Shown one piece after another: positions 15,460 to 29,600 of a stretch of DNA of 64,000 nucleotides. Numbering within the stretch: the stretch's first letter is position 1; each line of letters opens with the position of its first letter. Position numbers and translations under genes: made by a program. Below the pieces are notes generated by a model. It saw only the letters and a program-made list of their open reading frames with translations, did no database searches and was not told the origin of the DNA. Origin of the DNA: Octopus sinensis (taxonomy: Eukaryota); contig NC_043014.1 of assembly GCF_006345805.1 (NCBI RefSeq), positions 17,422,001 through 17,486,000 on the forward strand, given 5' to 3'.

Positions 15460-17260
15460 AAAAGATTCCGAGTCTGCTGAACAACGGGGACTCTGCAATA
15501 CACAGTACGCTGCTGTTACTGCCAATGGGAAAGATTCCGAGTCTGCTGAACAACGGGGACTCTACAATACACAGTACGCTGCTGTTACTGCCAATGGGAA
15601 AGATTCCGAGTCTGCTGAACAACGGGGACACTGCAATACACAGTACGCTGCTGTTACTGCCAAAGCAAAAGATTCCGAGTCTGCTGAACAACGGGGACTC
15701 TGCAATACACAGTACTCTGCTGTTACTGCCAAATGAAAGATTCCGAGGCTGCTAAAAACAACGGGGACACTGCATTACACAGTACGCTGCTGTTACTGCC
15801 AAGGCGAAAGATCACGAGTCTACTGAACAACGGGGACTCTGCAATACACAGTACGCTGCTGTTACTGCCAACTTGAAAGATTCCGAGTCTGCTGAACGAC
15901 GGGGACTCTGCAATACACAGTACGCTGCTGTACTGCCGAAGTGAAAGATTCCTAGTCTGCTGAACAACTTGGACTCTGCAATACACAGTACGCTGCTGTT
16001 ACTGCCAAATTGAAAGATTCCGAGTCTTCTGAACAACGGCGACTCTGCAATACACAGTACGCTGCTGTTACTGCCAATTGATAGATTCCGAGTCTGCTGA
16101 ACAACGGCGACTCTGCAATACACAGTACGCTGCTGTTACTGCCAAATTGAAAGATTCCGAGTCTGCTGAACAACGGCGACTCTGCAATACACAGGACGCT
16201 GCAGTTACTGCCAAATTGAAAGATTCAGAGTCTGCTGAACAACGGGGACTCTGCTATACACAGTACGCTGCTGTTACTGCCAAAGCAAAGATTCCGAGTC
16301 TGCTGAACAAAGGGACTCTACAATACACAGTACGCTACTATTACTGCAACTTGAAAGATTCCGAGTCTGCTGAACAACGGGGACTCTACAATACACAGTA
16401 CGCTGCTGATACTGCCAATGGGAAAGATTCCGAGTCTGCTGAACAACGGGGACTCTACAATACAGAGTACACTGCTGTTACTGCCAACTTGAATGATTCC
16501 GAGTCTGCTGAACAACGGGGACTCTACAATACACAGTACGCTGCTGTTACTGCCAACTTGAAAGATTCCGAGTCTGCTGAACAACGGGGACTCTACAATA
16601 CACAGTACGCTGCTGATACTGCCAAAGTGAAAGATTCCGAGTCTGCTGAACAACGGGGACTCTGCAATACACAGTACGCTGCTGTTACTGCCAAAGCAAA
16701 AGATTCCGAGTTTGCTGAACAACGGGGACTCTGCAATACACAGTACGCTGCTGATACTGCCAAAGTGAAAGATTCCGAGTCTGCTGAACAACGGGGACTC
16801 TAAAATACACAGTACGCTGCTGTTACTGCCAAAGTGAAAGATTCCGAGACTGCTGAACAACGAACATTCCACAATACACAGTACGCAGCTGTTACTGCCA
16901 ACTTGAAAGATTCCGAGTCTGCTGAACAACGGGGACTCTGCAATACACAGTACGCTGCTGTTACTGCCAAAGTGAAAGATTCCGAGACTGCTGAACAACG
17001 AACATTCCACAATACACAGTACGCAGCTGTTACTGCCAATGGGAAACGATTCCGAGTCTGCTGAACAACGGGGACTTTGCAATACACAGACGCTGCTGTT
17101 ACTGCCAAGAGAAAGATTCCGAGTCTGCTGAACAACGGGGACTCTGCAATATACAGTACGCTGCTGTTACTGCCAATGGGAAAGTTTCCGAGTCTGCTGA
17201 ACAACGGGCATTCCACAATACACAGTACGCAGCTGTTACTGCCAAAGCAAAAGATTCCGA
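15460..17260 (+). repeat. ~1.8-kb satellite block duplicated at ~18490-20300
   Basis: Ordered shared variants at offset 3030-3036 (44 monomers = 3036): GTACTCTG, AAGGCG-GATCACGAG, CCGAAGTG-CCTAG, CAGGACG, CAGAGTACACT, CTCTAAAAT (16801/19837), GAAACGATT/GGAACGATT. Confidence 0.88.
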
Positions 17261-18489
17261 GTCAGCTAAACAACGGGGACTCTGCAATACACAGTACGCT
17301 GCTGATATTGCCAAAGTAAAAGATTCCGAGTCTGCTGAACAACGGGGACTCTGCAATACACAGTACGCTGCTGTTACTGCCAAATTGAAAGATTCTGAGT
17401 CTGCTGAACAACGGGGACTCTGCAATACACAGTACGCTGCTTTTACTGCCAAAGAGAAATATTCCGAGACTGCTGAACAACGAGCATTCCACAATACACA
17501 GTACGCAGCTGTTACTGCCAAAGCAAAAGATTCCGAGTCTGCTGAACAACGGGGAGTCTGCAATACACAGAACGCTGCTGTTACTGCCAAAGAGAAAGTT
17601 TCCGAGTCTACTGAACAACGGGGACTCTGCAATACACAGTACGCAGCTGTTACCGCCAACTTGAAAGATTCCGAGTCTGTTGAACAATGGGGACTCTGCA
17701 ATACACAGTACACTGCTGTTACTGCCAATGGGAAAGATTCCGAGTCTGCTGAACAGCGGGGACTCTGCAATACACAGTACGCTGCTGTTATTGCCAATGG
17801 GAAAGATTCCGAGTCTGCTGAACAACGGGGACTCTGCAATACACAGTACGCTTCTGTAACTGCCAATGGGAAAGATTCCGAGTCTGCTGAACAACGGGGA
17901 CTCTGCAATACACAGTACGCTGCTGTTACTGCCAATGGGAAAGATTCCGAGTCTGCTGAACAACGGGGACTCTGCAATACACAGTACGCTGCTGTTACTG
18001 CCAATGGGAAAGATTCCGAGTCTGCTGAACAACGGGGACTCTGCAATACACAGTACGCTGCTGTTACTGCCAAAGCGAAAGATTCCGAGTCTGCTGAACA
18101 ACGGGGACTCTGCAATACACAGTACGCTGCTGTTACTGCCAATGGGAAAGATTCCGAGTCTGCTGAACAACGGGGACTCTGGAATACACAGTACGTTGCT
18201 GTTACTGCCAACTTGAAAGATTCCGAGTCTGCTGAACAACGGGACTCTGCAATACACAGTACGCTGCTGTTACTGCTAAAGCAAAAGATTCCGAGTCTGC
18301 TGAACAACGGGGACTCTGCAATACACAGTACGCTGCTGTTACTGCCAACTTGAAAGATTCCGTGTCTGCTGAACAACGGGGACTCTGCAATACACAGTAC
18401 GCTGCTGTTACTGACAATGGGAAAGATTCCGAGTCTGCTGAACAACGGGGACTCTGCAATACACAGGACGCTGCTGTTACTGCCAAAGC

Positions 18490-20300
18490 AAAAGATTCCG
18501 AGTCTGCTGAACAACGGGGACTCTGCAATACACAGTACGCTGCTGTTACTGCCAATGGGAAAGATTCCGAGTCTGCTGAACAACGGAGACTCTACAATAC
18601 ACAGTACGCTGCTGTTACTGCCAATGGGAAAGATTCCGAGTCTGCTGAACAACGGGGACACTGCAATACACAGTACGCTGCTGTTACTGCCAAAGCAAAA
18701 GATTCCGAGTCTGCTGAACAACGGGGACTCTGCAATACACAGTACTCTGCTGTTACTGCCAAATTGAAAGATTCCGAGGCTGCTAAAAACAACGGGGACA
18801 CTGCATTACACAGTACGCTGCTGTTACTGCCAAGGCGAAAGATCACGAGTCTACTGAACAACGGGGACTCTGCAATACACAGTACGCTGCTGTTACTGCC
18901 AACTTGAAAGATTCCGAGTCTGCTGAACGACGGGGACTCTGCAATACACAGTACGCTGCTGTAACTGCCGAAGTGAAAGATTCCTAGTCTGCTGAACAAC
19001 TTGGACTCTGCAATACACAGTACGCTGCTGTTACTGCCAAATTGAAAGATTCCGAGTCTTCTGAACAACGGCGACTCTGCAATACACAGTACGCTGCTGT
19101 TACTGCCAACTTGATAGATTCCGAGTCTGCTGAACTACGGCGACTCTGCAATACACAGTACGCTGCTGTTACTGCCAAATTGAAAGATTCCGAGTCTGCT
19201 GAACAACGGCGACTCTGCAATACACAGGACGCTGCAGTTACTGCCAAATTGAAAGATTCAGAGTCTGCTGAACAACGGGGACTCTGCTATACACAGTACG
19301 CTGCTGTTACTGCCAAAGCAAAAGATTCCGAGTCTGCTGAACAACAGGGACTCTACAATACACAGTACGCTACTATTACTGCCAACTTGAAAGATTCCGA
19401 GTCTGCTGAACAACGGGGCCTCTACAATACACAGTACGCTGCTGATACTGCCAATGGGAAAGATTCCGAGTCTGCTGAACAACGGGGACTCTACAATACA
19501 GAGTACACTGCTGTTACTGCCAACTTGAATGATTCCGAGTCTGCTGAACAACGGGGACTCTACAATACACAGTACGCTGCTGTTACTGCCAACTTGAAAG
19601 ATTCCGAGTCTGCTGAACAACGGGGACTCTACAATACACAGTACGCTGCTGATACTGCCAAAGTGAAAGATTCCGAGTCTGCTGAACAACGGGGACTCTG
19701 CAATACACAGTACGCTGCTGTTACTGCCAAAGCAAAAGATTCCGAGTTTGCTGAACAACGGGGACTCTGCAATACACAGTACGCTGCTGATACTGCCAAA
19801 GTGAAAGATTCCGAGTCTGCTGAACAACGGGGACTCTAAAATACACAGTACGCTGCTGTTACTGCCAAAGTGAAAGATTCCGAGACTGCTGAACAACGAA
19901 CATTCCACAATACACAGTACGCAGCTGTTACTGCCAACTTGAAAGATTCCGAGTCTGCTGAACAACGGGGACTCTGCAATACACAGTACGCTGCTGTTAC
20001 TGCCAAAGTGAAAGATTCCGAGACTGCTGAACAACGAACATTCCACAATACACAGTACGCAGCTGTTACTGCCAATGGGAACGATTCCGAGTCTGCTGAA
20101 CAACGGGGACTTTGCAATACACAGAACGCTGCTGTTCCTGCCAAAGAGAAAGATTCCGAGTCTGCTGAACAACGGGGACTCTGCAATATACAGTACGCTG
20201 CTGTTACTGAAAATGGGAAAGTTTCCGAGTCTGCTGAACAACGGGCATTCCACAATACACAGTACGCAGCTGTTACTGCCAAAGCAAAAGATTCCGAGTC
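18490..20300 (+). repeat. ~1.8-kb satellite block, duplicate of ~15460-17260
   Basis: See partner block. Confidence 0.88.
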
Positions 20301-22279
20301 TGCTGAACAACGGGGACACTGCAATACGCAGTAGGCTGCTGTTAGTGCCAATGGCAAAGATTCCGGGTCTGCTGAACAACGGGGACTCTGCAATACACAG
20401 TACGCAGTTGTTACCGCCAACTTGAAAGATTCCGAGTCTGCTGAACAACGTGGACTCTGCAATACACAGTGCGCTGCTGTTACTGCCAATGGGAAAGATT
20501 CCGAATATGCTGAACAACGGGGACTCTGCAATACACAGTACGCTGCTGTTACTGCCAATGGGAAAGATTCCGAGTCTGCTGAACAACGGGGACTCTGCAA
20601 TACACAGTACGCTGCTGTCACTGCCAATGGGAAAGATTCCGAGTCTGCTGAACAACGGGGACTCTACAATACACAGTACGCTGCTGTTACTGCCAATGGC
20701 AAAGTTTCCGAGTCTGCTGAACAACGGGCATTCCACAATACACAGTACGCTGCTGTAACTGCCAATGCGAAAGAATCCGAGTTTGCTGAACAACGGGAGC
20801 TCTGCAATACACAGTACGCTGCTGTTACTGCCACAGCAAAATATTCCGAGTCTGCTGAACAACGGGGACTCTGCAATACACAGTACGCTGCTGTTACTGC
20901 CAATGGGAAAGATTCCGAGTCTGCTGAACAACGGGGACTCTGCAATACACAGTACGCTGCTGTTACTGCCAAATTGAAAGATTCCGAGGTTGCTAAAAAC
21001 AACGGGGACACTGCATTACACAGTACGCTGCTGTTACTGCCAATGCGAAATATTCAGAGTCTACTGAACAACGGGGACTCTGCAATACACAGTACGCTGC
21101 TGTTACTGCCAATGAGAAAGGTTCCGAGTCTGCTGAACAACGGGGACTCTGCAATACACAGAACGCTGCTGTAACTGCCAAAGTGAAAGATTCCGAGTCT
21201 GCTGAACAACGGGGAATCTGCAATACACAGTACGCTGCTGTAACTGCCAATGGGAAAGAATCAGAGTCTGCTGAACAACGGGGACTCTGCAATACACAGT
21301 ACGCTGCTGTTACTGCCAATGGGAAAGATTCCGAGTCTGCTGAACAACGGGGACGCTGCAATACACAGTACGTTGCTGTTACTGCCAATGGGAAAGATTC
21401 TGAGTCTGCTGAACAACGAGGACTCTGCAATACACAGTACGCTGCTGTTACTGCCAATGGGAAAGATTCTGAGTCTGCTGAACAACGGGGACTCTGCAAT
21501 ACACAGTACGCTGCTGTTACTGCCAAAGCGAAAGATTCCGAGGCTGCTAAAAACAACGGGGACACTGCATTACACAGTACGCTGCTGTTACTGCCAATGC
21601 GAAAGATTCAGAGTCTACTGAACAACGGGGATTCTGCAATACACAGTACGCTGCTGTTACTGCCAATGAGAAATATTCCGAGTCTGCTGAACAACGGGGA
21701 CTCTACAATACACAGTACGCTGCTGTTACTGCCAAAGTGAAATATTCCGAGTCTGCTGAACAACGGGGACTCTACAATACACTGTACGCTGCTGTTACTG
21801 CCAAAGTGAAAGATTCCGAGTCTGCTGAACAACGGCGACTCTGCAATACACAGTACGCTGCTGTTACTGCCAAATTGAAAGATTCCGAGTCTTCTGAACA
21901 ACGGCGACTCTGCAATACACAGTACGCTGCTGTTACTGCCAACTTGAAAGATTCCGAGTCTGCTGAACAACGGCGACTCTGCAATACACAGTACGCTGCT
22001 GTTACTGCCAAATTGAAAGATTCCGAATCTGCTGAACAACGGCGACTCTGCAATACACAGTACGCTGCTGTTACTGCCAACTTGAAAGATTCCGAGTCTG
22101 CTGAACAACGGGGACTCTGCAATACACAGTACGCTGCTGTTACTGCCAAAGCAAAAGATTCCGAGTCTGCTGAACAACAGGGACTCTACAATACACAGTA
22201 CGCTGCTGTTACTGCCAACTTGAAAGATTCCGAGTCTGCTGAACAACGGGGACTCTACAATACACAGTACGCTGCTGTT

Positions 22280-22606
22280 ATTAAAGACTCCGCCGGTTAC
22301 GACGACGAGGGTCCCAGCTGATACGATCAACGGAACAGCTTGCTCGTGAAATTAACGTGCAAATGGCTGAGCATTCCACAGACACGTGTACCCTTAACGT
22401 AGTTCTCGGGGATAATCAGCGTGACACAGAGAGTGACAAGGCTGACCCTTTGAAATACAAGTACAACTCATTTTTGCCAGCTGAGTGGACTGGAACAACG
22501 TGAAATAAAGTGTCTTGCTCAAGGACACAACGCGTCGCCGGGAATCGAACTCACAACCTTACGATCATGAGCCGAATGCCCTAACCACTAAGCCACGCGC
22601 CCTCAC
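22280..22606 (-). mobile_element. tRNA-derived SINE, CORE-like, copy 1 (327 bp)
   Basis: Minus strand reads GTGAGGGCGCG-TGGCTTAGTGG (A box) ... GTTCGATTCC (B box), then TTGTGTCCTTGAGCAAGACACTTTA...CAGTCCACTCAGCTGGCAAAAATGAG, similar to the CORE-SINE central domain (TGTGTGACCTTGGGCAAGTCACTT type). Flanked by direct repeat ACGCTGCTGTT at 22269-22279 and 22607-22617 (TSD). Resemblance to an octopus SINE is from memory and needs a Dfam/Repbase check. Confidence 0.9.
22541..22595 (-). promoter_or_regulatory. RNA Pol III type-2 internal promoter of SINE copy 1 (A box 22585-22595, B box 22541-22550)
   Basis: A box TGGCTTAGTGG fits TRGCNNARYGG; B box GTTCGATTCC fits GWTCRANNC; 34-nt spacing is tRNA-like. 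Confidence 0.85.
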
Positions 22607-25600
22607 ACGCTGCTGTTACTGCCAACTTGAAAGATTCCGAGTCTGCTGAACAACGGGGACTCTACAATACACAGTACGCTGCTGTTACTGCCACCTTGAA
22701 AGATTCCGAGTCTGCTGAACAACGGGGTCTCTACAATACAAAGTACGCTGCTGTTACTGCCCAACTTGAAAGATTCCGTGTCTGCTGAACAACGGGGACT
22801 CTACAATACACAGTACGCTGCTGATACTGCCAAAGTAAAAGATTCCGAGGCTGCTGAACAACGGGGACTCTGCAATACACAGTACGCTGCTGTTACTCCC
22901 AAAGTGAAAGATTCCGAGTCTGCTGAACAACGGGGACTCTGCAATACACAGTACGCTGCTGTTACTGCCAAATTGAAAGATTCCGAGTCTGCTGAACAAC
23001 GGCGACTCTGCAATACACAGTACGCTGCTGTTACTGCCAAAGCAAATGATTCCGAGTCTGCTGAACAACGGGGACTCTGCAATACACAGTACGCTGCTTT
23101 TACTGCCAATGGGAAAGATTCCGAGACTGCTGAACAACGAGCATTCCACAATACACAGTACGCAGCTGTTACTGCCAAAGCAAAAGATTCCGAGTCTGCT
23201 GAACAACGGGGACTCTGCAATACACAGTACGCTGCTGTTACTGCCAATGGGAAAGATTCCGAGTCTGCTGAACGACGGGGACTCTACAATACACAGTACG
23301 CTGCTGTTACTGCCAATGGGAAAGATTCGGAGTCTGCTGAACAACGGGAACTCTGCAATACACAGTACGCTGATGTTACTGCCAATGGGAAAGATTCCGA
23401 CTCTGCTGAACTACAGGGACTCTGCAATACACATTACGCTGCTGTTACTGCCAAAGCAAAAGATTCCGAGTCTGCTGAACAACGGGGACACTGCAATACA
23501 CAGTACGCTGCTGTTACTGCCAAAGCAAAAGATTCCGAGTCTGCTGAACAACGGGGACTCTGCAATACACAGTACGCTGCTTTTACTCCCAAAGAGAAAG
23601 ATTCCGAGACTGCTGAACAACGAGCATTCCACAATACACAGTACGCAGCTGTTACTGCCAAAGCAAAAGATTCCGAGTCTGCTGAACAACGGGGACTCTG
23701 CAATACGCAGAACGCTGCTGTTACTGCCAAAGAGAAAGATTCCGAGTCTGCTGAACAACGGGGACTCTGCAATACACAGTACGCAGCTGTTACCGCCAAC
23801 TTGAAAGATTCCGAGTCTGCTGAACAATGGGGACTCTGCAATACGCAGAACGCTGCTGTTACTGCCAAAGAGAAAGATTCCGAGTCTGCTGAACAACGGG
23901 GACACTGCAATACACAGTACGCAGCTGTTACCGCCAACTTGAAAGATTCCGAGTCTGCTGAACAACGGGGACGCTGCAATACACAGTACGCTGCTGTTAC
24001 TGCCAATGGGAAAGATTCCGAGTCTGCTGAACAACGGGGACTCTACAATACACATTACGCTGCTGTTACTGCCAATGGGAAAGATTCCGAGTCTGCTGAA
24101 CAACGGGAACTCTGCAATACACAGTACGCTGATGTTACTGCCAATGGGAAAGATTCCGACTCTGCTGAACTACAGGGACTCTGCAATACACAGTACGCTG
24201 CTGTTACTGCCAATGGGAAAGATTCCGAGTCTGCTGAACAACGGGGACTCTGCAATACACAGTACGCTGCTGTTACTGCCAAAGCGAAAGATTCCGAGGC
24301 TGCTAAAAACAACGGGGACACTGCATTACACAGTACGCTGCTGTTACTGCCAATGCGAAAGATTCAGAGTCTACTGAACAACGGGGACTCTGCAATACAC
24401 AGTACGCTGCTGTTACTGCCAATGAGAAAGATTCCGAGTCTGCTGAACAACGGGGACTCTGCAATACACAGTACGCTGCTGTAACAGCCAAAGTGAAAGA
24501 TTCCTAGTCTGCTGAACAACTTGGACTCTGCAATACACAGTACGCTGCTGTTACTGCCAAATTGAAAGATTCCGAGTCTTCTGAACAACGGCGACTCTGC
24601 AATACACAGTACGCTGCTGTTACTGCCAACTTGAAAGATTCCGAGTCTGCTGAACAACGGCGACTCTGCATTACACAGTACGCTGCTGTTACTGCCAAAT
24701 TGAAAGATTCCGAATCTGCTGAACAACGGCGACTCTGCAATACACAGTACGCTGCTGTTAGTGCCAACTTGAAAGATTCCGAGTCTGCTGAACAACGGGG
24801 ACTCTGCAATACACAGTACGCTGCGGTTTCTGCCAAAGCAAAAGATTCCGAGTCTGCTGAACAACAGGGACTCTACAATACACAGTACGCTACTGTTACT
24901 GCCAACTTGAAAGATTCCGAGTCTGCTGAACAACGGGGACTCTACAATACACAGTACGCTGCTGTTACTGCCAACTTGAAAGATTCCGAGTCTGCTGAAC
25001 AACGGGGTCTCTACAATACACAGTACGCTGCTGTTACTGCCAACTTGAAAGATTCCGAGTCTGCTGAACAACGGGGACTCTACAATACACAGTACGCTGC
25101 TGTTACTGCCAACTTGAAAGATTCCGTGTCTGCTGAACAACGGGGACTCTACATTACACAGTACGCTGCTGATACTGCCAAAGTAAAAGATTTCGAGGCT
25201 GCTGAACAACGGGGACTCTGCAATACACAGTACGCTGCTGTTACTCCCAAAGTGAAAGATTCCGAGTCTGCTGAACAACGGGGACTCTGCAATACACAGT
25301 ACGCTGCTGTTACTGCCAAAGCAAAAGATTCCGAGTCTGCTGAACAACGGGGACTCTGCAATACACAGTACGCTGCTTTTACTGCCAAAGAGAAAGATTC
25401 CGAGACTGCTGAACAACGAGAATTCCACAATACACAGTACGCAGCTGTTACTGCCAAAGCAAAAGATTCCGAGTCTGCTGAACAACGGGGACTCTGCAAT
25501 ACACAGAACGCTGCTGTTACTGCCAAAGAGAAAGATTCCGAGTCTTCTGAACAACGGGGACTCTGCAATACACAGTAGGCAGCTGTTACCGCCAACTTGA

Positions 25601-26344
25601 AACATTCCGAGTCTGTTGAACAATGGGGACTGTGCAATACACAGTGCGCTGCTGTTACTGCCACAGCAAATGGTTCCGAGTCTGCTGAACAACAGGCATT
25701 CCACAATACACAGTACGCTGCTGTTACTGCCAATGTGAAAGATTCCGAGTCTGCTGAACAACGGGGACTCTGCAATTCACAGTACGCTGCTGTTACTGCC
25801 AATGGGAAATATTCCGAGTCTGCTGAACAACGGAGACTCTACAATACACAATACGCTGCTGTTACTGCCAATGGGAAAGATTCCGAGTCTGCTGAACAAC
25901 GGGAACTCTGCAATACACAGTACGCTGCTGTTACTGCCAAATTGAAAGATTCCGAGTCTTCTGAACAACGGCGACTCTGCAATACACAGTACGCTGCTGT
26001 TACTGCCAACTTGAAAGATTCCGAGTCTGCTGAACAACGGCGACTCTGCAATACACAGTACGCTGCTGTTACTGCCAAATTGAAAGATTCCGAATCTGCT
26101 GAACAACGGCGACTCTGCAATACACAGTACGCTGCTGTTACTGCCAACTTGAAAGATTCCGAGTCTGCTGAACAACGGGGACTCTGCAATACACAGTACG
26201 CTGCTGTTACTGCCAAGCAAAGATTCCGAGTCTGCTGAACAACAGGGACTCTACAATACACAGTACGCTGCTGTTACTGCCAACTTGAAAGATTCCGAGT
26301 CTGCTGAACAACGGGGACTCTACAATACACAGTACGCTGCTGTT

Positions 26345-26670
26345 ATTAAAGACTCCGCCGGTTACGACGACGAGGGTCCCAGCTGATACGATCAACGGAA
26401 CAGCTTGCTCGTGAAATTAACGTGCAAATGGCTGAGCATTCCACAGACACGTGTACCCTTAACGTAGTTCTCGGGATAATCAGCGTGACACAGAGAGTGA
26501 CAAGGCTGACCCTTTGAAATACAAGTACAACTCATTTTTGCCAGCTGAGTGGACTGGAACAACGTGAAATAAAGTGTCTTGCTCAAGGACACAACGCGTC
26601 GCCGGGAATCGAACTCACAACCTTACGATCATGAGCCGAATGCCCTAACCACTAAGCCACGCGCCCTCAC
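26345..26670 (-). mobile_element. tRNA-derived SINE, copy 2 (326 bp)
   Basis: Identical to copy 1 except one fewer G in the TCTCGGGG run (near 26472). Same TSD ACGCTGCTGTT at 26334-26344 and 26671-26681. Confidence 0.9.
26605..26659 (-). promoter_or_regulatory. RNA Pol III internal promoter of SINE copy 2 (A box 26649-26659, B box 26605-26614)
   Basis: Same intact A and B boxes as copy 1. Confidence 0.85.
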
Positions 26671-29600
26671 ACGCTGCTGTTACTGCCAACTTGAAAGATT
26701 CCGAGTCTGCTGAACAACGGGGACTCTACAATACACAGTACGCTGCTGTTACTGCCACCTTGAAAGATTCCGAGTCTGCTGAACAACGGGGTCTCTACAA
26801 TACAAAGTACGCTGCTGTTACTGCCAACTTGAAAGATTCCGTGTCTGCTGAACAACGGGGACTCTACAATACACAGTACGCTGCTGATACTGCCAAAGTA
26901 AAAGATTCCGAGGCTGCTGAACAACGGGGACTCTGCAATACACAGTACGCTGCTGTTACTCCCAAAGTGAAAGATTCCGAGTCTGCTGAACAACGGGGAC
27001 TCTGCAATACACAGTACGCTGCTGTTACTGCCAAATTGAAAGATTCCGAGTCTGCTGAACAACGGCGACTCTGCAATACACAGTACGCTGCTGTTACTGC
27101 CAAAGCAAATGATTCCGAGTCTGCTGAACAACGGGGACTCTGCAATACACAGTACGCTGCTTTTACTGCCAATGGGAAAGATTCCGAGACTGCTGAACAA
27201 CGAGCATTCCACAATACACAGTACGCAGCTGTTACTGCCAAAGCAAAAGATTCCGAGTCTGCTGAACAACGGGGACACTGCAATACACAGTACGCTGCTG
27301 TTACTGCCAATGGGAAAGATTCCGAGTCTGCTGAACGACGGGGACTCTACAATACACAGTACGCTGCTGTTACTGCCAATGGGAAAGATTCGGAGTCTGC
27401 TGAACAACGGGAACTCTGCAATACACAGTACGCTGATGTTACTGCCAATGGGAAAGATTCCGACTCTGCTGAACTACAGGGACTCTGCAATACACATTAC
27501 GCTGCTGTTACTGCCAAGCAAAAGATTCCGAGTCTGCTGAACAACGGGGACACTGCAATACACAGTACGCTGCTGTTACTGCCAAAGCAAAAGATTCCGA
27601 GTCTGCTGAACAACGGGGACTCTGCAATACACAGTACGCTGCTTTTACTCCAAAGAGAAAGATTCCGAGACTGCTGAACAACGAGCATTCCACAATACAC
27701 AGTACGCAGCTGTTACTGCCAAAGCAAAAGATTCCGAGTCTGCAGAACAACGGGGACTCTGCAATACGCAGAACGCTGCTGTTACTGCCAAAGAGAAAGA
27801 TTCCGAGTCTGCTGAACAACGGGGACTCTGCAATACACAGTACGCAGCTGTTACCGCCAACTTGAAAGATTCCGAGTCTGCTGAACAATGGGGACTCTGC
27901 AATACGCAGAACGCTGCTGTTACTGCCAAAGAGAAAGATTCCGAGTCTGCTGAACAACGGGGACACTGCAATACACAGTACGCAGCTGTTACCGCCAACT
28001 TGAAAGATTCCGAGTCTGCTGAACAACGGGGACGCTGCAATACACAGTACGCTGCTGTTACTGCCAATGGGAAAGATTCCGAGTCTGCTGAACAACGGGG
28101 ACTCTACAATACACATTACGCTGCTGTTACTGCCAATGGGAAAGATTCCGAGTCTGCTGAACAACGGGAACTCTGCAATACACAGTACGCTGATGTTACT
28201 GCCAATGGGAAAGATTCCGACTCTGCTGAACTACAGGGACTCTGCAATACACAGTACGCTGCTGTTACTGCCAATGGGAAAGATTCCGAGTCTGCTGAAC
28301 AACGGGGACTCTGCAATACACAGTACGCTGCTGTTACTGCCAAAGCGAAAGATTCCGAGGCTGCTAAAAACAACGGGGACACTGCATTACACAGTACGCT
28401 GCTGTTACTGCCAATGCGAAAGATTCAGAGTCTACTGAACAACGGGGACTCTGCAATACACAGTACGCTGCTGTTACTGCCAATGAGAAAGATTCCGAGT
28501 CTGCTGAACAACGGGGACTCTGCAATACACAGTACGCTGCTGTAACAGCCAAAGTAAAGATTCCTAGTCTGCTGAACAACTTGGACTCTGCAATACACAG
28601 TACGCTGCTGTTACTGCCAATTGAAAGATTCCGAGTCTCTGAACAACGGCGACTCTGCAATACACAGTACGCTGCTGTTACTGCCAACTTGAAAGATTCC
28701 GAGTCTGCTGAACAACGGCGACTCTGCATTACACAGTACGCTGCTGTTGCTGCCAAATTGAAAGATTCCGAATCTGCTGAACAACGGCGACTCTGCAATA
28801 CACAGTACGCTGCTGTTACTGCCAACTTGAAAGATTCCGAGTCTGCTGAACAACGGGGACTCTGCAATACACAGTACGCTGCTGTTACTGCCAACTTGAA
28901 AGATTCCGAGTCAGCTGAACAACGGGGTCTCTGCAATACACAGTACGCTGCTGTTACTGCCAAAGCAAAAGATTACGAGTCTGCTGAACAACGGGGACTC
29001 TACAATACACAGTACGCTGCTGTTAGTGCCAACTTGAAAGATTCCGAGTCTGCTGAACAACGGGGACTCTACAATACACAGTACGCCGCTGTTACTGCCA
29101 ACTTGAAAATTCCGAGTCTGCTGAACAACGGGGACTCTACAATACACAGTACGCTGCTGTTACTGCCAACTTGAAAGATTCCGTGTCTGCTGAACAACGG
29201 GGACTCTACAATACACAGTACGCTGCTGATACTGCCAAAGTAAAAGATTCCGAGTCTGCTGAACAACGGGGACTCTGCAATACACAGTACGCTGCTGTTA
29301 CTGCCAAATTGAAAGATTCTGAGTCTGCTGAACAACGGCGACTCTGCAATACACAGTACGCTGCTGTTACTGCCAAAGCAAAAGATTCCGAGTCTGCTGA
29401 ACAACGGGGACTCTGCAATACACAGTACGCTGCTGTTACTGCCAAAGCAAATGGTTCCGAGTCTGCTGAACAACGGGCATTCCACAATACACAGTACGCT
29501 GCTGATACTGCCAATGGGAAAGATTCCGAGTCTGCTGAACAACGGGGACTCTGCAATACACAGTACGCTGCTGTTACTGCCAATGGGAAAGATTCCGAGT

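Larger units (their letters stand above)
21840..24750 (+). repeat. ~2.9-kb block (satellite + SINE copy 1) duplicated at ~25905-28810
   Basis: Same ordered rare variants at offset ~4060-4065: SINE, ACCTTG junction, GATTCGG, AACTACAGG, CATTACG, GAGGCTGCTAAAAAC (24291/28351), CCTAGTC (24503/28563). Confidence 0.9.
25905..28810 (+). repeat. ~2.9-kb block (satellite + SINE copy 2), duplicate of ~21840-24750
   Basis: See partner. Differences are mostly single-base losses in short homopolymers plus a few substitutions. Confidence 0.9.

Noticed and set aside
21737-22330. Chimeric ORFs ending IKDSAGYDDEGPS or starting MIVSAGTLVV, plus small ORFs 26392-26592 and 36647-36829
   Set aside because: They are chance read-through between satellite frames and SINE sequence, with no recognisable protein features.
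22530-22606. tRNA-Met gene (loop CTCATGA, anticodon CAT) at the SINE head
   Set aside because: The acceptor strand GGGCGCG has no complementary 3' partner, the T-stem pairs poorly, and the sequence continues into a CORE-like domain within a TSD-flanked element.
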